A stretch of 64,000 nt of DNA from Thermoleophilaceae bacterium (GCA_036386455.1 DASVVS010000037.1:15713-79712); one strand, 5' to 3'. Shown: positions 7,365 to 17,090, counted from the first letter of the stretch. A program made the numbers and translations. Notes: generated by a model from the sequence alone, not told the origin.

Positions 7365-7389
7365 ATGTTCGCATACTTCGGTCCCGCGG

Positions 7390-7953
7390 TCACCCCCCGC
7401 AATAGATCTTTACGTGCCCGTCCGCGTCATCGGGCGCGACGACGCTCGCCTCGACCGCGAGCCAGCGCCAGACGGCCGCGCGCGGGTCGTCGCCGGGGAC
7501 CACGAGGGTGGTGGGCGGCGCGATCGCGGCCTCCCAGAAGCGCAGCCGCAGACGGCGCTCGGCGAGGGCCTCGCGGCGAGGCGGCTCGACCGGGGTGAAG
7601 ACGAGAGGCGGCGTGGCGCGTCCTGCCGCCGCTCGCGCGGCCGCCGCGGCGTCCTGCGGCGAGAAGGCGTGCACGGCGTCGTAGCCGCCGCGCGCGAGCT
7701 CGCGCACGAGCGCCGGCAGGTGCGTGACCGGTCCGTCGAAGCCGCGCGAGCGCAGCGGGCCCTCGGGCAGGCGGCCCAGGTGCACGACCTCGATGCCGTC
7801 CTCGTCGCTCCGGCGCGTGGGCCCCGGGCGCGAGCCGATCACGCGCGGCTCGTGGCCGGCGGCGCGCAGCGCCCGTGCAAGCTCCCGCACGTGCGGTTCC
7901 GCGGCGCCGCCATACGGCGTGCCGTAACTGTGGTGGACGAGCGCGACCCTCAC
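7390..7953 (-). CDS. Stand-alone glycosyltransferase family 4 N-terminal-domain protein (truncated or split GT4?)
   Basis: 187 aa from an internal GTG (GTGA overlap with the upstream GT2 stop). VRVALVHHSYGTPYGGAAEPHVRELARALRAAGHEPRVI... is a GT4 N-domain pattern. No C-terminal Glycos_transf_1/EX7E half. Confidence 0.55.
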   Translation of the reverse strand: MRVALVHHSYGTPYGGAAEPHVRELARALRAAGHEPRVIGSRPGPTRRSDEDGIEVVHLGRLPEGPLRSRGFDGPVTHLPALVRELARGGYDAVHAFSPQDAAAAARAAAGRATPPLVFTPVEPPRREALAERRLRLRFWEAAIAPPTTLVVPGDDPRAAVWRWLAVEASVVAPDDADGHVKIYCGG

Positions 7954-8969
7954 AGGAGCAGCGTCCGGTGCGTCACGCTCCCGGCCGCCATCCCCGCCAC
8001 CTCGGCGAACTGCCGCACGAACGCGCCCGGAAGCTCGGCCAGCGCGATCGCGCGCGACTTGGCCCCGGGCCCGCGGCGGCCGGCCACGCGCACGGCGTAC
8101 GGCGCCGCCAGCGCGAGCAGAGCCCGGTTGCGGCGCGCGCCCGCGAGCCCGGCGGCGGCGAGCGTGACCATCAGGTGCTCGGGGTCCCAGAACACGCCGA
8201 GCGTCAGCTCGCGCCGGAACTCGGGGTGGCGCTTGACGAGGTAGGCGAGGTAGCGCCACTTCAGGTTCTGCTTGAGGATCCCCGGCAGCGGGTGCGACTC
8301 GACCGCGTGGTACACGAGCGCGTCGGGCGCCGCCGCAAACCGCGCGCCCGCGGCCCGCGCCCGCAGCGACAGCCCGACGTCCTCGCCCGCCACCGCCGCC
8401 TCGTCGAAGCCTTCGAGGCGCTCGAGCAGCGCCCGCGGGTAGAGGATGTTCGCGGTCTGGGCGTACGGGTTGACCGGGTCGACCTCCAGCGTGCGCACGT
8501 GCGGAGCGAGGAACACCATCCACTCGAACGGGTCGGGCCTCACGCGGCCCTGGACCACGGCGCCCTCGGAGGACTCCGCCGCGCGCAGCATGCCCTCGAG
8601 CCAGCCGGGATCGGCGCGGCAGTCGTCGTCGGTGAACGCCACGAGCGGCGCGCGCGCCGCGCGCCAGCCGATGTTGCGCTGCCGCGCCGGGCTGCCCGTG
8701 CCCGGCTCGATCGCGTGGTGGCGGAGCGTGCCGCTCTCGCCCAGCGGGTGGCGCTCCATCACGCGCGCCGCGGTCGCCGCGTCGTAGTCGTGCACCACGA
8801 TCAGCTCCCAGCGCTCGCGCGCGAGCGTCTGCTCCTCGAGCGCGTTCAGGAGCCAGCGCAGCCGCAGCGCCCGGGCGTGCGAGGCGACGACGACGCTGAC
8901 GGCGGGCGGCTCGGTCACGCGGCGGAACCATATATTCGCCGCCGTGCGGCTCCTGACGGTCGGCAACAT
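7950..8969 (-). CDS. Glycosyltransferase family 2
   Basis: VSVVVASHARA...ELIVVHDYD...ARQRNIGW...FTDDDC...GEDVGLSLR is a GT-A/GT2 pattern. The track start at 8969 overlaps the divergent gene start at 8944. An alternative GTG at 8918 (VTEPPAVSVVV) is more likely. Confidence 0.8.
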   Translation of the reverse strand: MLPTVRSRTAANIWFRRVTEPPAVSVVVASHARALRLRWLLNALEEQTLARERWELIVVHDYDAATAARVMERHPLGESGTLRHHAIEPGTGSPARQRNIGWRAARAPLVAFTDDDCRADPGWLEGMLRAAESSEGAVVQGRVRPDPFEWMVFLAPHVRTLEVDPVNPYAQTANILYPRALLERLEGFDEAAVAGEDVGLSLRARAAGARFAAAPDALVYHAVESHPLPGILKQNLKWRYLAYLVKRHPEFRRELTLGVFWDPEHLMVTLAAAGLAGARRNRALLALAAPYAVRVAGRRGPGAKSRAIALAELPGAFVRQFAEVAGMAAGSVTHRTLLL

Positions 8970-10155
8970 GTACCCGCCGCACAGCTTCGGCGGCTACGAG
9001 GCCGTCTGGAGAGGGGCGGTCGACCACCTGCGCGCGCGCGGGCACGAGGTCCGCGTGCTCACGACCGATACCGACACGGGCGCGGCGGAGCCGGACCCGC
9101 CCGGCGTGCACCGCGAGCTGCGCTGGCACCTCGTGGAGGGCGAGTTCGCGCGCCTCGCGCCGCACCGCCGGGTGGCGCTGTCGCGGCACAACCACCGCGT
9201 GCTCGACCGTCACCTCGACGACCTGCGCCCCGACGTGGTGGCGTGGTGGTCGATGGGCGGCCTCGCGCTCACGATGCTCGAGACCGTGCGGCGCCGCGGC
9301 ATCCCGGCCGTCGGCTTCGTGCACGACGAGTGGCTCGACTACGGCCGCTGGGCGGACCCGTGGCTCTCCTGGTGGGCAGGCCGCTGGCGGCGCCTAGCGC
9401 CACTCGCGGAGCGGGTCGGCCGTCTCCCGGCGCGCGTGGACTTCGCGGGGGCCGCCGAGTACGCGTTCGTGAGCGACTACACGCGCCGCCACGCCCTCGG
9501 TCTGGGCCTGGGCCCGCTGCGCACGTCGGTCGCGCACTCGGGCATCGAGACCGCTTACCTCGACCCGGCGCCCGAGCGCGACTGGGGCTGGCGGCTGCTC
9601 TACGTCGGCCGGCTCGACCCGCGCAAGGGAGTGGACGTCGCCGTGCGCGCGCTCGAGCACCTCCCGGAGCAGGCGCGCCTCACGATCGCGGGCGGCTGGG
9701 ACCGCCACGAGGAGCGGCGGCTGCGCGAGCTCGCGGCCGCCGCGGGCGCGGCGGAGCGGGTGGAGTTCGCGGGCCAGAGGAGCGTGCCGGAGCTGGTCGA
9801 GCTCTACGGCGAGGCCGACGCCGTCGTGTTCCCCGTGCGCTGGCAGGAGCCGTGGGGGCTCGTGCCCCTCGAGGCGATGGGCCGCGGCCGGCCGGTGGTG
9901 GCCAGCGGCCGTGGCGGCTCGGCGGAGTACCTGCGCGACGGCGAGAACGCGCTGCTCTTCGACGCCGAGGATCCGCGCGACCTGGCCGCGAAGCTGATGC
10001 GGCTGGCCGACGAGCCCGAGCTGCGCGCGCGCCTACGGGCGAACGGGCTCGAGACCGCGCCGCGCCACACCGTGCCGGTCTTCAACGCCGCGGTGGAGGA
10101 GGCCGTCCGTCGAGCCGCCGGCGAACCGGTGGCGCCCCCCCGCGCCTCCGCGTAG
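8944..10155 (+). CDS. Glycosyltransferase family 4
   Basis: 403 aa. N-terminal MRLLTVGNMYPPHSFGGYE, C-terminal half ...LLYVGRLDPRKGVD...FPVRWQEPWGLVPLEAMGRGRPVVASGRGGSAEYLRDGENALLF (EX7E-type). Confidence 0.88.
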   Translation: MRLLTVGNMYPPHSFGGYEAVWRGAVDHLRARGHEVRVLTTDTDTGAAEPDPPGVHRELRWHLVEGEFARLAPHRRVALSRHNHRVLDRHLDDLRPDVVAWWSMGGLALTMLETVRRRGIPAVGFVHDEWLDYGRWADPWLSWWAGRWRRLAPLAERVGRLPARVDFAGAAEYAFVSDYTRRHALGLGLGPLRTSVAHSGIETAYLDPAPERDWGWRLLYVGRLDPRKGVDVAVRALEHLPEQARLTIAGGWDRHEERRLRELAAAAGAAERVEFAGQRSVPELVELYGEADAVVFPVRWQEPWGLVPLEAMGRGRPVVASGRGGSAEYLRDGENALLFDAEDPRDLAAKLMRLADEPELRARLRANGLETAPRHTVPVFNAAVEEAVRRAAGEPVAPPRASA

Positions 10156-10167
10156 GCTGCCCGCCCG

Positions 10168-11574
10168 ATGCGGCTGCTCCACGTCGGCTCCGGCTTCCGT
10201 CCCCTGCGCCAGGGTGGGCTCGTTGCCTACACGGAGGACCTCATGCACGAGCAGCTGCGCCGCGGCCACGAGGTCACGTACTTCTTCGCGGGGCGCCACT
10301 ACCCGCTCGTGGGAGGCCCGCGGTTGCGGCGCTGGCTCTACGAGGGGGTGGCGATGCTCGAGGTCGTCAACTCGCCGCTCTACGACCACGGGCGCCAGCC
10401 GGAGCTCGAGCTGGGCGAGCCGCGCCTGGAGCGGATGTTCGCGCGAATCCTGGCCGAGGCCCGCCCCGACGTCGTGCACGTGCACGAGCTCGCCGGACTC
10501 CCCACTTCGCTGCTGGACGTCGTACGCGAGGCGGGCGCGCCGTGCGTCTTCACGCTCCAGGACTACTTCCCCCTGTGCTCGACCTTCAAGCTGCTCGACC
10601 ACGAGGGGCGCGTCTGCCTGCGGCGCGAGATCGGGTCGGATTGCGCGGCGACCGTGGCGGCGCGCAAGGTGCCGCCCGGCGTGCTCACGGACGTGACGCT
10701 GCGGCACGAGATCCTCGTGCGCCCGCTGCTCAGGGCCCTCGACCCGCACCCGCCGCACGCACGCGTGAGCCGCCTCGTACGGGCGGTGGCCAACCGTGTG
10801 CCCGCGCCGCCGCCCGCCCCGCCGGACGCCTACCAGCGCCGCCGCGAGGTGAACCTGGAGCGGCTCAACCGGGTGGACCTGCTGATCGCGATGTCGGACC
10901 GCGTCGGCGAGATCTACGCGCTGCTCGGGGTCCAGCCCGAGCGTCTGCGCACGGTGCAGCTCACGCTCGGGCACATCGAGCGGCTGACGCCGCGGACGAT
11001 CGCTGCGCGGACGCCGGTCACGTTCGGCGCGCTCAACGTCCTCTCGGACGATTCGAAGGGCGCGCGCCCGCTGGTCGACGCCGCACGCTTGGTCGCGGCG
11101 GAGGCGCCCGGGAGCTTCCGCCTGGTGGTGCACGGCCTCGTGGCGGATCACCTGCGAGCGGAGGCCGAGGCGGTCGACGCGATCGAGCTGTGCGGCCCGT
11201 ACTGGCCGAACCAGGTGGACTCGCTGCTCGACGACATCGACGTCGGGCTCGTGCCGTCGATCTGGGAGGAGGCCTACGGCTACGTCGGGGTCGAGTTCCT
11301 GGCCAAGGGCATCCCGGTGATCGCCAACGCCATCGGCGGGATGACCGACTACACCCGCGACGGCGAGACCGGCTGGCTCAACCGCTCGCTCTCCGCCGAG
11401 GAGCTGGCCCGGATCATGCTCGAGATCGTGCGCGAGCCGCAGCAGGTGACCGAGCACAACGCCTGGATCCTCGCGAACCGCGACTCGATCGTGAAGACCG
11501 TGGCCGCCCACACCGACGAGATGGACGCGATCTACGGCGAGCTGCTCGGTGAGCGCGAAGGGGCGGCGGCGTGA
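10168..11574 (+). CDS. Glycosyltransferase family 4
   Basis: 468 aa. ...VHVHELAGLP... and the C-terminal VPSIWEEAYGYVGVEFLAKGIPVIANAIGGMTDYTRDGETGWL motif. Confidence 0.85.
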   Translation: MRLLHVGSGFRPLRQGGLVAYTEDLMHEQLRRGHEVTYFFAGRHYPLVGGPRLRRWLYEGVAMLEVVNSPLYDHGRQPELELGEPRLERMFARILAEARPDVVHVHELAGLPTSLLDVVREAGAPCVFTLQDYFPLCSTFKLLDHEGRVCLRREIGSDCAATVAARKVPPGVLTDVTLRHEILVRPLLRALDPHPPHARVSRLVRAVANRVPAPPPAPPDAYQRRREVNLERLNRVDLLIAMSDRVGEIYALLGVQPERLRTVQLTLGHIERLTPRTIAARTPVTFGALNVLSDDSKGARPLVDAARLVAAEAPGSFRLVVHGLVADHLRAEAEAVDAIELCGPYWPNQVDSLLDDIDVGLVPSIWEEAYGYVGVEFLAKGIPVIANAIGGMTDYTRDGETGWLNRSLSAEELARIMLEIVREPQQVTEHNAWILANRDSIVKTVAAHTDEMDAIYGELLGEREGAAA

Positions 11575-12497
11575 GCGACCCGGCGCTGTCGGTCGTCATC
11601 CCGACGCACGGCCGCGCCGAGCTGCTCGCGCGCGTGATCCGGTACCTCGAGCGCGAGCGCGACGCGCCCGAGTTCGAGCTGATCGTCGTCACGGACGCCC
11701 GGGCAGAGAAGGTGGACGCGGTCCGCGCGGCGGTCCAGGGCAGCCGGCTCGACGCGCGCCTGCTGGCGGCCGCGCGCCCCGGCGCCTCCGCCGCCCGCAA
11801 CGTCGGCTGGCGCGCGGCGCGGGCGCCGATCGTGCTGTTCATCGGCGACGACACGCTGCCCGAGGGCCACCTGCTCGCGGGCCACATGGAGTGGCACGAG
11901 CGCCATCCCGAGGAGGCGGTGGCCGTCCTCGGACGCGTGCGCTGGGCCGACGAGATCGAGGTCACGCCGTTCATGCGCTGGCTCGACGCCGGCATCCAGT
12001 TCGACTTCGCGAACATCGAGGGGACCGACGTCGGCTGGGGTCGCTTCTACACCGCCAACTCGTCGATCAAGCGCTCGCTCATCGAACGCGTGGACGGCTT
12101 CGACGAGGAGCGCCTGCCGTTCCTGTACGAGGACCTGGACCTCGCCTACCGGCTCCAGCCGTTCGGCTTCCGGCTGCTCTACAACCGCGAGGCGTCGGTC
12201 GAGCACGTGCATCCCGTGACGGTCGAGGAGTGGAAGGGGCGCGCGGCCGCCGTGGCCGCCGCCGAGCGCGAGTTCGTCCGCCTGCATCCGGACGTGCCGC
12301 CGTACTTCTACAACCTCTTCTCGGAGGCGGCGAGAATGCCGCCCGCTCGCGGCCGCGGCGTGAAGCTCGCGCGCTGGGTGCCGCGCGGGGCCCCGGTGAT
12401 CGGGAAGCGCGTCTGGCATCTTGCGGACGTAGCGTGGCGCCAGGCCCTCGCCGAGCCCTTCCTCGCGGAGTGGGAGAACGACGAGGCGGTGGCGTGA
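11571..12497 (+). CDS. Glycosyltransferase family 2
   Basis: 308 aa. LSVVIPTHGRAELL...ELIVVTDA...ARNVGW...FIGDDT...YEDLDLAYR. GTGA overlaps on both sides. Confidence 0.88.
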   Translation: MSDPALSVVIPTHGRAELLARVIRYLERERDAPEFELIVVTDARAEKVDAVRAAVQGSRLDARLLAAARPGASAARNVGWRAARAPIVLFIGDDTLPEGHLLAGHMEWHERHPEEAVAVLGRVRWADEIEVTPFMRWLDAGIQFDFANIEGTDVGWGRFYTANSSIKRSLIERVDGFDEERLPFLYEDLDLAYRLQPFGFRLLYNREASVEHVHPVTVEEWKGRAAAVAAAEREFVRLHPDVPPYFYNLFSEAARMPPARGRGVKLARWVPRGAPVIGKRVWHLADVAWRQALAEPFLAEWENDEAVA

Positions 12498-14047
12498 GCG
12501 AACGCGCCGAACGCCTCGCCGGCGCGACGCTGGCGGTGCTCGCCTCGCTCGCGGTCGTCTACGTCGCCTGGAAGCTGCGCGACGACCACGTCGGCGACGC
12601 CACGATCTACCTCGCCTACGCGGAGAACGCGGGCGAGGGGCGCCCGTTCCAGTTCAACGAGGGCGAGTTCTCCTCGGGCAGCACGTCGCCGCTCTGGTCG
12701 CTGATCCTGGGGGTGCCGTATGCGTTCGGCGGCGGGATCGGCGCCGCGAAGGTCCTGGCGGCGCTGTTCGCCGTGGGGGCGGTGCTGGCCGTCTTCCACG
12801 CGGCGCGCGAGATCAGCGGGTCGTGGCTCGCCGCCGGCGCCGCGACGCTGTTCGTGCCGGGCGCGATGACCTTCTATCCCGTCTCGCTCTACGAGTCGGG
12901 CCTGATCGTGGCGCTGAGCGCTCTGTCGCTCGTGGCGATGAGCCGCGTCTACGCGTGCTGGCGCGACGAGGGCGAGCTGGCGCTGCGCACGGCGCTGCCG
13001 CTGGTCGCGATCTGGGCGGCGCTGCCGCTGTCGCGGCCGGACGCCGTCCTCCTCGTGGCGGCCGAGGCGGTCGCGCTGCTGGCCTTCGCGCCGGTACCGC
13101 GCGGCGCGGCGCTGCGCGCGCTCGTGCCCCTCGCCGCGCTTGCGACGCTGCCGTCGGTCGCCTACTTCGGCTACTCGATCGCCGCGACGGGCACCGCGTC
13201 CACGTCGTCGGACGCCCGCTCCTACGCGCTCCAGGAGGTCGCCAGGGAGTTCGTGGGGCCGCTCTACCGCAACGCCGACGCGCTGCGCGAGGTGGTCGGC
13301 AGCCCGTGGATCTTCTCGCTGCTGCCGGCCCTCGCGGGGCTCTTGCTGCTGGCGCGGCGGGCGGACGCGCGCTGGCTTGCCGCCCACGGCGCGCTTTCGA
13401 TCGCGGGCTATCTGTTCCTACTCACGTTCGTCGCCCCGGGCTTTTACGACTCGCCGCGCTACCTGCTGCCGGTCGTGCCGATCGTCGTGTGCGCGGTCGC
13501 CTACCTGCTCGCCCGGGCGAGCGGCGGCGCGCTGCGGGCCGCGGCGCTCGCCGCGGCCGTCCTCGTGATCGGCCTCGCCACGGCCGACCGGCTGAACGAC
13601 GACCTGGACCTGATCGCGGGCTTCGGGATCGACGAGCGCGAGGTGTTCTCCAAGGAGCCGGTGGCAGTCGTGAACCGGATGGCGCGACCCGGCGACGTGC
13701 TGCTCTCCTACGAGGTGCAGCTTCGCCTGTTCCTGCGCGACGACGTGAAGGTCTTGAGCCAGGACGGAATCATCGACGGCGAGGTGCGCGAGTACCAGGA
13801 GAGCCGCGACATGACCGGGTTTCTGCGCGAGCAGCGCCCGGACTGGTGGATCGCCGACCAGAACGTCAACACGCGGCCATACCTGCGCGGCAGCGTGCTC
13901 GAGCGGGTCTTCGACGCGTTCAAGGCCGACCCGACGCTGCGCTCGCGCTCGTACGAGGGGATCCGCTTCGAACTCGTGAAGCGGCGCAGGCGACCCCTGC
14001 AGCCGGGCTTCGGGGGCTGGCAGATGCTCTTCCGGGTCAGCTATTAA
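12494..14047 (+). CDS. Polytopic membrane protein, GT-C-like (ArnT/PMT-type) glycosyltransferase candidate
   Basis: 517 aa from an internal GTG (12494) of ORF 11549..14047. Roughly 10 hydrophobic helices followed by a soluble domain of about 130 aa. Assignment is by architecture only. Confidence 0.55.
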   Translation: MSERAERLAGATLAVLASLAVVYVAWKLRDDHVGDATIYLAYAENAGEGRPFQFNEGEFSSGSTSPLWSLILGVPYAFGGGIGAAKVLAALFAVGAVLAVFHAAREISGSWLAAGAATLFVPGAMTFYPVSLYESGLIVALSALSLVAMSRVYACWRDEGELALRTALPLVAIWAALPLSRPDAVLLVAAEAVALLAFAPVPRGAALRALVPLAALATLPSVAYFGYSIAATGTASTSSDARSYALQEVAREFVGPLYRNADALREVVGSPWIFSLLPALAGLLLLARRADARWLAAHGALSIAGYLFLLTFVAPGFYDSPRYLLPVVPIVVCAVAYLLARASGGALRAAALAAAVLVIGLATADRLNDDLDLIAGFGIDEREVFSKEPVAVVNRMARPGDVLLSYEVQLRLFLRDDVKVLSQDGIIDGEVREYQESRDMTGFLREQRPDWWIADQNVNTRPYLRGSVLERVFDAFKADPTLRSRSYEGIRFELVKRRRRPLQPGFGGWQMLFRVSY

Positions 14048-14060
14048 GGTCGCGGTCCCG

Positions 14061-15278
14061 GTGCGAATTCTCGCGGTCAGCAACATGTATCCACCCGACT
14101 ACCTCGGGGGGTACGAGCTCCAGTGCAAGCAGACGGTCGAGGGTCTGCGGCGGCTCGGACATCACGTCGAGGTGCTCACCGTCGGGATGGATATGCCCGA
14201 GCCCGACCCGCTGGTGCACCGCACCCTCCGCTGGCACGATCCGCCACCGGGTGAGCCGGACGTTCGCTGGGAGGCGCGCCGGGTGCGGGCCTACATCGCC
14301 AACTACCGAGCCGCGCAGCGTGTGACCGCCCAGGTCAGGCCGGATCTGGTCATGGGCTGGGCGCCCCTGCGCATCGGCCTGCACTGCCTGGCCCCCGCTT
14401 GCCGAACGGGGACCCCGGCGGTCCACTTCGCCGGTGACTGGTCGATCGTCGAGGAGTGGCGCCTGCTGAACCGCTGGGCCGCCAGGTCCTGGGCGGATCG
14501 TCCGCCGCTGTCCAGCACGCTGGTGCGCTGGCCGCTGCGGCGACTCGCCCGCCCCGTGCGGTTCGACCACGTCGTGATGGTGAGCCAGTACCTGCGCGGC
14601 AGCTACCAGGCGCTCCGCTTCCCGACGCCCGGCATGAGCGTGATACACCAGGGCGCCCGGTTCGAGCTCCCTGATCTGGCCACGCTGCCGGAGGGCGAGC
14701 CCGACACGCTCGTCTACCTGGGCAGGCTGGAGCGCGTCAAGGGCGTGCACCTGGCGATCGATGTGCTCCGCCGCCTGCGTGACGACCACGGCCGCGACAA
14801 GACCCGGCTGACGATCGTGGGGGGACCGAGCCTGGAGGACCACTCGTACCGAGGGGAACTCGAGAACCAGGTCGCGTCACACGGCCTGACCGACCGCGTG
14901 ACGTTCGCAGGGAAGCGCTCGCCGGCGGGGGTCTCGGAGGTGCTGCCCCGCCACCGCGTGATGTTGATGACATCGCTGTGGGAGGAGCCCGGCGCGGCAA
15001 CGCAGCTCGAGGCCATGGGGCATGGCGTGCCCGTCGTGGCGACCGACGTCGGCGGCACGCCGGAGTACGTGCGTGACGGCGCCGAGGGGTTCGTGGTCCA
15101 GCGGGACCGTCCCGACAAGATGGCGGCCGCGGTGGCGCGGCTGCTAGAGGACCACGACCTCTGGCGACGGTTCCGCACCGCGGGCTGGGAGCGCGTGGCC
15201 GGCCACCTGAGCGAAGAGCGCTACCTGGCCGACGTCGACGAGCTGCTCACCCGAGTTCGCCGAGCCGCAGTCTCCTAG
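14061..15278 (+). CDS. Glycosyltransferase family 4 (paralogue of 8944..10155)
   Basis: 405 aa. MRILAVSNMYPPDYLGGYE... and ...LVYLGRLERVKGVH...TSLWEEPGAATQLEAMGHGVPVVATDVGGTPEYVRDGAEGFV. Confidence 0.88.
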   Translation: MRILAVSNMYPPDYLGGYELQCKQTVEGLRRLGHHVEVLTVGMDMPEPDPLVHRTLRWHDPPPGEPDVRWEARRVRAYIANYRAAQRVTAQVRPDLVMGWAPLRIGLHCLAPACRTGTPAVHFAGDWSIVEEWRLLNRWAARSWADRPPLSSTLVRWPLRRLARPVRFDHVVMVSQYLRGSYQALRFPTPGMSVIHQGARFELPDLATLPEGEPDTLVYLGRLERVKGVHLAIDVLRRLRDDHGRDKTRLTIVGGPSLEDHSYRGELENQVASHGLTDRVTFAGKRSPAGVSEVLPRHRVMLMTSLWEEPGAATQLEAMGHGVPVVATDVGGTPEYVRDGAEGFVVQRDRPDKMAAAVARLLEDHDLWRRFRTAGWERVAGHLSEERYLADVDELLTRVRRAAVS

Positions 15279-16141
15279 TGCCAGTAGCCTCTCGGCCGGT
15301 GGAGAGGTCCCAATGGCGCCGCTGGATCCCCGTTGGGACAGGTACCACGGCGCGAGCGCGCCGTGTGGCGCGGCGCTACTACGACCGGAGTCGCGGCTTC
15401 CGAGAGGTCGTGGCTGCAGCACGCTGGCGTGCGCTCCGTGAGGAGCTCCCCGACCTGGCTCACCTGGCTCGACATGCCGAGACAGCATGGGGTCCGGTGC
15501 AGCGTGACGAAGCACTCCTCCTTCACGCCATGGTGCGGGTGTTGCGACCACGCACAGTGGTCGAGATCGGCTTTCTGCGCGGCGACAGCGCATTCAACTT
15601 CCTGACGGCCCTCGACGCCGACGCGCGTCTGTACTCGTTCGACGTCGATCCGGCCGCCGAATCTATTGCGCGCGAGCGTTTCGGCAACGATTCCCGGTTC
15701 GTCTTTCGACGACGATCACAGGCGGACCTGACGGCCGAGGACGTCGACGGTCGCGAGGCGGATCTGGTTTTCCTGGACGCCGCGCATGACTTCGAGCTGA
15801 ACCGAATGACGTTCTCGCGGTTGCTCCCGATCATGTCCCCCGATGCGATTCTCGCGGTGCACGACACAGGCACGATCCCCAGGCGGCTGGTGCAGCCCGA
15901 TGCGGTCCCGAGCGAGCTCGCCATGGTCGGGGAATGGTGGCTTGCACATCCGGAGGTCGGTTGGATCGGAGACGAGCGGGAGGTGGAGTCCGACGAGCGA
16001 GCATTCGTGAACTGGGTGCTGGAGGAGCACCCCGACTTCTCGCAGATCCACCTCCACACGACGAGGACGTTCCGCTACGGCCTGACTTTGCTTCAGCGCT
16101 CTACGGCTCTGCCGCGTCCACCGAACGAAGCCGGGTCGTGA
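15278..16141 (+). CDS. Class I SAM-dependent methyltransferase (Methyltransf_24/O-MTase-like)
   Basis: 287 aa. TVVEIGFLRGDSAFNFL...LYSFDVDP...DLVFLDAAHDFE. GTG start overlapping the upstream TAG. Confidence 0.7.
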   Translation: MPVASRPVERSQWRRWIPVGTGTTARARRVARRYYDRSRGFREVVAAARWRALREELPDLAHLARHAETAWGPVQRDEALLLHAMVRVLRPRTVVEIGFLRGDSAFNFLTALDADARLYSFDVDPAAESIARERFGNDSRFVFRRRSQADLTAEDVDGREADLVFLDAAHDFELNRMTFSRLLPIMSPDAILAVHDTGTIPRRLVQPDAVPSELAMVGEWWLAHPEVGWIGDEREVESDERAFVNWVLEEHPDFSQIHLHTTRTFRYGLTLLQRSTALPRPPNEAGS

Positions 16142-17090
16142 CCCCGAGGTTCGCGCGCCGGCCGAGCCCGCGGGCGCGCTCCGTGGCCTCCCCGGCGAGA
16201 CAACGGACTACGTGGCGTATGTACACGCTGCGCTTCGCGAGACCATCGCGATCACCATTCGCACGCGCCAGCCGCCACGCCTCACGCCGCTTCTCCGCGT
16301 AGGCAGCGCGCGTGTAGTCGGCGGAACGCTCGGCATCGAGGTAGTTCCTCGCGAGCTTGATGCTCACGAGGTCCTCACGGGCGCTTCGACCCGAAGCGGA
16401 CGCGTTCGCGGAGTCCGCGGCCTCGTGCGTGCGGTACAGGGCGAGCACCTCCGGCTCGAACCAGGTGGGCGCGGTCGCGAGGATCCTCTTCCACATGTCC
16501 CAGTCCGCGGTATAGCTGAGCGTCGGCGCGAAGCCGCCGATCTCCTCGTAGACGGATCGGCGAACGATGACCGCCGGCGTCCGGATCGCGTTATACGAGA
16601 ACAGGGCGCGGACCAGGGCCTCATCGAGGATGCCTGCCTCCGCGCGCAGTGGCTCAGAGGACTCGACGATCGCTCCAGCGTGATCGATCACGTCGCACCC
16701 GAAGATGACCGCTCCCACGTCCTCGTTGGCGTCGATGACACTGCGAGCGTGCTCGTAGAACGTCTCGCGGACGAGGTCGTCGCCATGAAGAATGTGCACC
16801 CACTCGCCGACCGATCGCCGGATGCACGTCGTGAAGTTCGCTGAGATTCCGACGTTCACCGGCTGGCGGTAGACGTCGACCCGATCTCGCGCGAGCCGGT
16901 CGACGACGGGCTCCGGCGGGTCGGCCGAGGAGCAATCGTCGACGACCTCGATCTGCATCTGGTCGGGACCGGGGTCCTGGGCCAGCACGGAGCGGAGCGT
17001 CGGCTCGAGCAGGCCGCCGCTTTCGTAGGTGGGGATCATCACCGACCAGAACGGCCGCTTCGCTTGGCTCACGGGGTCGATGCGGGGCAC
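16101..17090 (-). CDS. Glycosyltransferase family 2
   Basis: WSVMIPTYESGGLLEPTLRSVLAQD...IEVVDDCS...HILHGDD. The track ORF extends to 17171 but that overlaps the upstream gene by 55 nt. GTG at 17090 or 17072 is more plausible. Confidence 0.8.
   Translation of the reverse strand: MPRIDPVSQAKRPFWSVMIPTYESGGLLEPTLRSVLAQDPGPDQMQIEVVDDCSSADPPEPVVDRLARDRVDVYRQPVNVGISANFTTCIRRSVGEWVHILHGDDLVRETFYEHARSVIDANEDVGAVIFGCDVIDHAGAIVESSEPLRAEAGILDEALVRALFSYNAIRTPAVIVRRSVYEEIGGFAPTLSYTADWDMWKRILATAPTWFEPEVLALYRTHEAADSANASASGRSAREDLVSIKLARNYLDAERSADYTRAAYAEKRREAWRLARANGDRDGLAKRSVYIRHVVRCLAGEATERARGLGRRANLGVTTRLRSVDAAEP

Noticed and set aside
7875-11552. Very long ORFs in the track: 7875..11552 (+, 1225 aa), 44266..47649 (+, 1127 aa), 19680..22130 (-, 816 aa), 52040..54526 (-, 828 aa), 45416..47755 (-, 779 aa), 23692..25887 (-, 731 aa), 42800..44962 (-, 720 aa) and similar.
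   Set aside because: Their translations are dominated by R/A/G/P runs with no recognisable motifs. They lie opposite, or out of frame with, ORFs that have clear family signatures and high GC3. They are typical shadow ORFs of high-GC DNA.
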